Positions 51,013-56,890 of a stretch of 56,890 bases of DNA are shown here, one piece after another. The DNA is taken from positions 1-56,890 of the forward strand of contig UYFQ01000244.1 in NCBI GenBank assembly GCA_900617105.1. Direction: 5' to 3'. The position numbers and the translations under genes were made by a program. Each line of letters starts with the position of its first letter. Within the stretch, counting starts at the first letter, position 1. The DNA is from Hydrurus foetidus (lineage: Eukaryota). The notes under the pieces were generated by a model, which was not told the origin of the DNA, searched no databases, and was given only the letters and a program-made list of their open reading frames with translations.

Positions 51013-54000
51013 CTGGAACTCGAAATGAAATTCCCACCCCTAATGTGACACACATTCCTGAGGTTGATTTCATCAAATCACGGTTGGCAAATGCAGCATC
51101 AATGGATACTGTTACTGTCGGGGCAAAGTACACCCCAGTCGTAATGGCTTGTCTCTGGTAGCCCTCAGATAGCATATGAGCCTATCGAGTTTCTTGTCGT
51201 CTTCAATTGTTGGTGCCTTTACACGTTTGCAAAGTTCACCCAACACTAATACAATGTCTGGGCGAGTTCGGTTCCCCAGGTAGAGTGCTGTAGCAACGTC
51301 GGTATGGAAGGTTTTAGCATCTTTCTCACTTAGGAATTCGCAGTCCAAGGTCCGCTCAAATAGGTGTGGGGCACCCGGTGATGATGGGTTCCCGATGAGC
51401 TTCATACCTCGTTCAGCATGGCTCTTTTCCCTTGATGAGATCAGATCTTGAATCATTCCAATCTGCGTGACGTTCACAAATCCTGGCTCATTGTAATCCC
51501 ACATGCATCCTAGGTACGGTAGAACTCGCTCTTGAGTGGTACGAAATTGACCGTACGTTCTCAGCAAAATTTGCTCCATGTCAAGAACCGCTTTCTTGTC
51601 CACACACGTCATCTTTAAGTCATCTACGTAGACTAGGATCGTGAATTGGTTGCCTTTGACGTCCTTATTAAAGACGCAAATATCGCGCGGGTTAGCCGTG
51701 AAACCATTGGACCGTAAAGTTCCGGCTATTTCGTTATACCAGAGTTTGGCGGACTCGATACACCCGTAAAGTGCTTTGTCTAGTCTCACTACTAGGCCTC
51801 CATTGTGTCTTCTGTAACGTAAGAAAGAGATGTCTTGTTTGATGATTGCGTCGGCCACATTCTTATCAATATACATATGGAGTATTTTATCCGGTTTTTC
51901 CATCGGCATATCAGCGTTGAGGTATGCGGACCCAACGTCCCCGACCATGACGAAACGGTTTTCTACAGCAGCAATCTGTGCAACTGTAAAGATGGCAGCT
52001 ATGCTCGCTGTTGGTGATTCAACTTCATCTGGTGCATAGTCCTCTCTAACTTGAGCACGCCCGTCCACACAGAACCGCGCCTTGACCTTGTCGATTTGGC
52101 GATCACCATCAGAGTTTACCGTTGGAAGGTATTTCTCCACAACATTCATGTTTGAACGCAGTATCTTCTGCTTCTGTGTAGGCGACAGTTGTTCCATGTG
52201 CACCCCGAAAATGTCCCCTTTGCAAGTAGTGATTTGACCTCTGACTCAATTGCTGCAGTAGCCTTGTCCGGAAAAAGTTTCAGTGCCCGAGTAACCGTCA
52301 TAAATGACCACTCACCCCTAATTCCTTCTTTCTGCGTTGGAATAGGTAGTTTGTCGGCTACTAAGTTGAGTCGGTCTGGTGGTTTTCTGGTTCTCGTTGA
52401 TTTCTGGCGCATTTCAACAGGTGCACTGGGTACGTACGTACGCACAGTGGTAGTAGGTGGTGCCGCTGGTTGCTCCTCCGGTACTGCTTCAAATGTAGTT
52501 TCTGGTCCGGATACTTCGTCGGAAGCTGGGATGGTATAGTTTGTGTCGACCGCTGATTCCATTTCACCCCGAATCACAATTTGGTCTTGAGTAATTTGAG
52601 GTTCCATCACGGTATCAAGCGTGTCGGTCTCATCCGGGAACACCGGTAAAATTGGAGGTGTGTGTCGGAACTGGATAGTAGGCTCCTCATCTGAAGGTGT
52701 ATCCATTATGACCACATCATCAACTGCATCTCCAGTGATGTCTCTATCATGGAATGTGAATGTTGGTTCTTTTGATGTGTGTATTTTATTCTTCGATGCC
52801 CACCCGTTTACAGTGGTAATGACGAGCGGAGGTATCGGTAACACCACGTAGTGGTTGGCTGATATGACACTCCTTGTGTCAATGCGCATGAAGGTATGAG
52901 TACCTGTTCCATTCATCTTTGGCTCTAGGTATAGGCATCCAATGGTTCGTGGATCCATGCTGTTGCTAAGCACCCTGCCGGTGACTTGGCAGTATGAGCC
53001 GAATGGAGGTCCGATATCTTTTTCGTGTCAGCCTTTCTGCCGAAGAATGCTTCGAAAGGAGAAATCCTATCTGTTCTTGTTGATGAGGGAAAGAGCAAAA
53101 GCTTCTTCGCCGAGCTCATCACAAGGTGAGGCATGAGTATATCCGGTAGCAAGTATGGTAGACTGAAGATGGTACACCGGATGGTCTCCTTTAAGTGCCT
53201 GATCATTCTTTCAATAACATGATCGTGTTGCCCTGGACCAACGGCAATCACCTCTACTCCCATGGCATTCATGTCATTGACTAGTGCCGCAATGCCACGT
53301 TCATTATCACTTGTAAATTTCACGATGGAAATGCGTCGGGACCCGATGGTACCGAACATGCGCCTGATACTCTGCCTGAGTACCGGTGTCGTGAGGTTTT
53401 CAGTGCATGCTACCAAAACGATTCCCAATGGGTGAGTAATCGATACTAAGTAGGGCTGTCGATTTACAAACATGATATCGCAATGCATGTGTTGGTCGTC
53501 GAAGTGACGGGCCGTCGTAGGTAGTTGAGGTGGCGTCATAGGCCTCAGCCTGGTAGTGCGTCCTTTGAGTGCAGCAGCGTTTGCTCCCCAAATTTCTGTG
53601 GCACGCGTGACATCTTCAGGTAAGATGTCGCAGTTTAGAAATGTCCCAGCTCTCAACGCGGAAATGAATTTCTGATCTGGTGGGAATCCCAAACTCGCTT
53701 GCAAACGGCGTGCATCGATGCTTCTCTGAACTTCGCGTTTCGAGAATTTGGCTTCGTTGGCTTCCGTTGTGGCAAGTTTTGTAGAGTATAATATGTTCAT
53801 AGATGATGTTTCTATCACCACGGAGTGAGCATATGCAGTTCTGCGCTCTGCGGCGTCAGAATATCTCGGCTCTGGAGGCGTTGCCAAATCGTTGACATAT
53901 AGCCCTCCACGATGTTGAAATTTGTAGGTATTCTGATCAGTATGAAGCAAAAATGCATCTTGATCTATTGTAGAACCCTGGCGAAACTCCCAGTTGTGTC

Positions 54001-55524
54001 CTTGCAGCAGACAATCCGATGCCGAGATGATGGAGAGTCCAGCACGTGGGTCGAAGTGAACGATGCCAATGTCGCGAAGGTTTGCTGTTTTAGTTACAGT
54101 GAGAGAACCATGCAAGCCATTGAATACAGTTGGAGTGCATGTCACAATGTTACTCAGCACATCTGCACATGTGATGATGGTGCCTGTAGCTCCTGTGTCG
54201 AAGATGGCCTCCGATGTACTTCGTTGATTGATGTTACGGTTGGCGGAAAAATCGGTCCGAGGACCGAGGGTTGCGAGTTTCACCGGTGAGGTGGTGTAGC
54301 ACACACTACAGTTCCTTTCGCCATATTGATTCTTGTCATCCTCTTGATCCCACATTTGGCCAAAAGCAGTGTAGACATCATCTGAAGCACTGGGGTCAAC
54401 TCCAGCGGCCTTCTTTCTGCACTCACTAGCACGATGCCCAGCCTTTCCACAGTGGTAACACGTTCCACTGAATTTACCCTCCTTCACATCTTTAGCAAAC
54501 GTGACTTTAGGTTCCTTGATTTTCGCTGGGTTAATTTTCTTGGCTTTTTCTTTGACGGGTGATTTCTCTCCCTTTGGGGACCCACCCGGTTTGACGGGGT
54601 TCTTCGCTGCAAGTGCCGTATGGGGGGTCACTATCGCTGATTGCAATGCGCTACCCTTTGTCCCACGATGGAATCTAGTTGCTCCATTAATTGCCTCCAC
54701 CAGAGTCTTCGGATAGATGTCAATTGCGGTGCACTCCAGGGAATTACTGAGGTAGTTTTTGTAGTCGTGGTAGACCTGCACGGTACTACTCAGACCATCA
54801 ATGAACCTCATAGATTGTTGTTTTGCATCTGGAATTTGTGCTGCTGGAACTCCTGTTGCAGCGAGTCGATCAAAAAGCTTCACCGCACGACGTCCGTACG
54901 TTACGATGTCTTCGCCCGTACTCATGGTGAGTGTATACCAATCCCGTAGGGCCTGGGACCGCTCTAATTCCTGATTCCCATCACATCTTGATGTGACTAC
55001 TGACTTGATTACATCAAGTAGTCCAAGTGGGTCGTCAAATTTGACAGCAATGAAGTTTGCCTCCACTACCAGAATTGCATTGAGTGATGGTGAACACATC
55101 GATCGAATCAGTCGATAAGCTGATCTACGGTCCTCCATTTGCTTTCTCCTCATCTTTGTCACGACCGCTCTGTCGTTATTCAGGTCTGCCATTATTAACT
55201 TGGCTCGAAATCCTTTTGGATCAGTGATTTCGTCCAACGCCTCCAATGCAGTGAAGTCTGGTTCCGAAAATAGGTACACCTCGTAGGCCGGTTTTAGGGT
55301 CAGCATCATAGGGTCGGGACAGATCGACTCGAGATCCTGAAAGTTGACTCTCATGTACTCTTTCAGTCTCTGAATGTTATCGTCCCATTCTTTCCACCCG
55401 TTGTGAGTGATCTCAGGGAGACTCTCTGGCCTCACACCATCTCCAGGCGTGGTTTTTCGGCCTTCTCAGATTTGGATTGGGCAGCGCCCTTCTCGCCTTG
55501 CTTGCTCATTCTGAGCAGCTCGCG

Positions 55525-55535
55525 ACTTCTAATTA
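55525..55535 (-). promoter_or_regulatory. Putative self-priming primer-binding site TAATTAGAAGT
   Basis: Located at the 5' LTR/internal junction. Exact reverse complement of LTR segment 55707-55697. No TGG tRNA-type PBS is present. Confidence 0.7.
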
Positions 55536-55926
55536 TCTTGGAATAAGTCTGCCTTTTGGATCCTGGATCCAGTCAGAGCACCTGGTTGATAGCAGTGGTT
55601 CGTTCAGAACACACTTTGCTTTCAGCTAGTCGACCAAGTCGTTCCAACAGCTCACTCAAGTGTAGGTATAATGGCTCACAGCCATATAGTCTCTTTTAAT
55701 TAGAAGTGCTCATCATGTCAAAACAAAGCAGTTCATGGCTAGCTATACTAGCTATAGTTGACTGTTCACAGTCATCATCAGTTGCAACTTCCAGTACAGT
55801 TCGAGTGATGGTCTTGAGTCTGAAAACGCTACCCTCGCTCCTCCGCTTGGGCTTAGATGATATTACCCCAAAGGGATTTCCCCCAAGGGGATCGTCCCCG
55901 TAGGGATAGCTATGCTATATCCAACA
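55533..55926 (-). repeat. Copia 5' LTR
   Basis: Direct repeat of 44360-44753. Confidence 0.95.
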
Positions 55927-55928
55927 TA

Positions 55929-56872
55929 TTACGACAGCACAATAAAACGGTCTTTTTTCCGTGAAAATCTTACTTCTCAATTTTCCTACTCTGAGAAAAA
56001 TTCAAAATTCACACCTCACCCGCCATTGATTCTGCTTCAATCGTACAATGTGTTCATGTACGCGTACATACAAACATCCGATCTTGATCTTGAGCACTGC
56101 AATCTGTCATTTGTGTCTTCACTCCTGCTTCCTTCATAACTTAATCTAAACCTCCGTAAACTTGCTCTCATCGGTTTACAGTTCATCACTGAACGTTCTT
56201 CAGTCAGCTTCACTGGATCAACACAATGAGCCACCACGTCTCTACCCTCCTAACTCTCCACTCGTACGCTGAATTATTGAAAATATCATGCCGCCATGCG
56301 CATCTCTCACGGCGGTCAACGAATTTTGTGTCGCTGCGCGTTGTCCGAATCCAGAAGTGGAATACTATTCGACATTCTGGTTAGGCGCCTACAATATTTC
56401 GACGTGTAAGCATACCCTGTCTGGTGATACAGCTGGACTGCTAATTCATCATAATACAAGGTTCTACTATTGGACACGACAACAATCAATATTTCTTGAT
56501 GCTCGTTGCACATGACTCCTTCGATAGAAGCTCTCTTTCTAGCAGGTGCAAAAGTCCCCAATAGCAACTCACGAGCAATCCATCGTCTTCCAGTACTGAT
56601 GCTGATGTGACACTCAGCACTTGCCCGCGCAACAGATTTCAATTGCTGTCGAATCTTCACGAAAAAGATGGCGCGATGGCTGTTGCCTTTCGTCATCGAG
56701 GTAACTAAAAGTGGTGCACAAGAAAGAATCAGTCGTGGAGGGTGGAGGACATCAAAATCCCATGAAGAAATGAAGGAAGTTCTTCAGTTTTCAATTTTCT
56801 CTAAGTACAAAAAAAGGAAGTTAAGTTTGAGAATTTTCACGGAAAAAAGACCGTTTTATTCTGCTGTCGTAA
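55929..56872 (-). mobile_element. Non-autonomous IS630/Tc1-mariner-type DNA transposon (~944 bp)
   Basis: ~40-bp TIRs ttacgacagca(c/g)aataaaacggtcttttttccgtgaaaat with one mismatch; TA on both sides (55927-28, 56873-74). Confidence 0.85.
56316..56696 (-). pseudogene. Truncated transposase (N-terminal HTH region only)
   Basis: VARASAECHISISTGRRWI and TLYYDELAVQLYHQTG resemble IS630/Tc1 HTH modules. No DDE domain is recognisable downstream. Confidence 0.6.
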
Positions 56873-56890
56873 TATATGTTGGAGTATCCG

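Larger units (their letters stand above)
44918..55509 (-). pseudogene. Copia gag-pol polyprotein, frameshifted and split by the Gypsy insertion
   Basis: Zinc knuckle CYHCGKAGHRASEC; protease IFDTGAT; integrase HCDIMFV/TSDNE/IERMIR; RT KVKARFCVDG, KALYGCIESAKLWY, YVDD; RNase H SIDAAF...NFISSS|KVQKLNSKSSTESE...QDNQS...SDYFTKPL. ATG at 55509. Confidence 0.9.
44360..55926 (-). mobile_element. Ty1/Copia LTR retrotransposon (CoDi-like), interrupted by a Gypsy element
   Basis: Two 394-bp LTRs; domain order gag-PR-IN-RT-RH; probable TSD tatatg once the adjacent DNA transposon is removed. Confidence 0.95.

Noticed and set aside
46521..53020. Programmed ribosomal frameshifting in the retroelement ORFs
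   Set aside because: The shifts are multiple and fall inside conserved RT, RNase H and integrase domains rather than at the gag-pol junction; errors or decay are more likely.

Overview
Eukaryotic, intron-containing genomic DNA, most likely a stramenopile/ochrophyte (inferred from an ASAFAP-like plastid presequence and a CoDi-like Copia). From left to right: (1) an AT-rich Helitron (Helentron/Helitron2-like) region, ~1-12.5 kb. It has an apparently intact 6-exon, ~2000-aa OTU-Rep(HUH/Y2)-Pif1 gene, a probable OB-fold cargo gene, and a modular ~2-kb duplication studded with GC-rich hairpins. (2) Four host genes, all on the minus strand: a BCDIN3D/Bin3-like RNA methyltransferase, a CPBP/Abi-domain membrane protein, a ~4870-aa HUWE1/UPL1-like HECT ligase, and a probably plastid-targeted ATP-grasp ligase. 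Three MITE-like palindromic elements lie between them. (3) A transposon nest at 44.4-56.9 kb: a Copia element with apparently identical LTRs, a chromodomain Gypsy element inserted into its RNase H, and a non-autonomous IS630/Tc1-mariner element inserted into its target-site duplication. The most striking signal is in the Copia element. It has no tRNA primer-binding site; instead an 11-nt site at the LTR end is perfectly complementary to the predicted RNA 5' end, i.e. Tf1-style self-priming. Both LTR elements also show TG..CA only at their outer ends. All exon models and alignments were made by eye, and no database searches were run.
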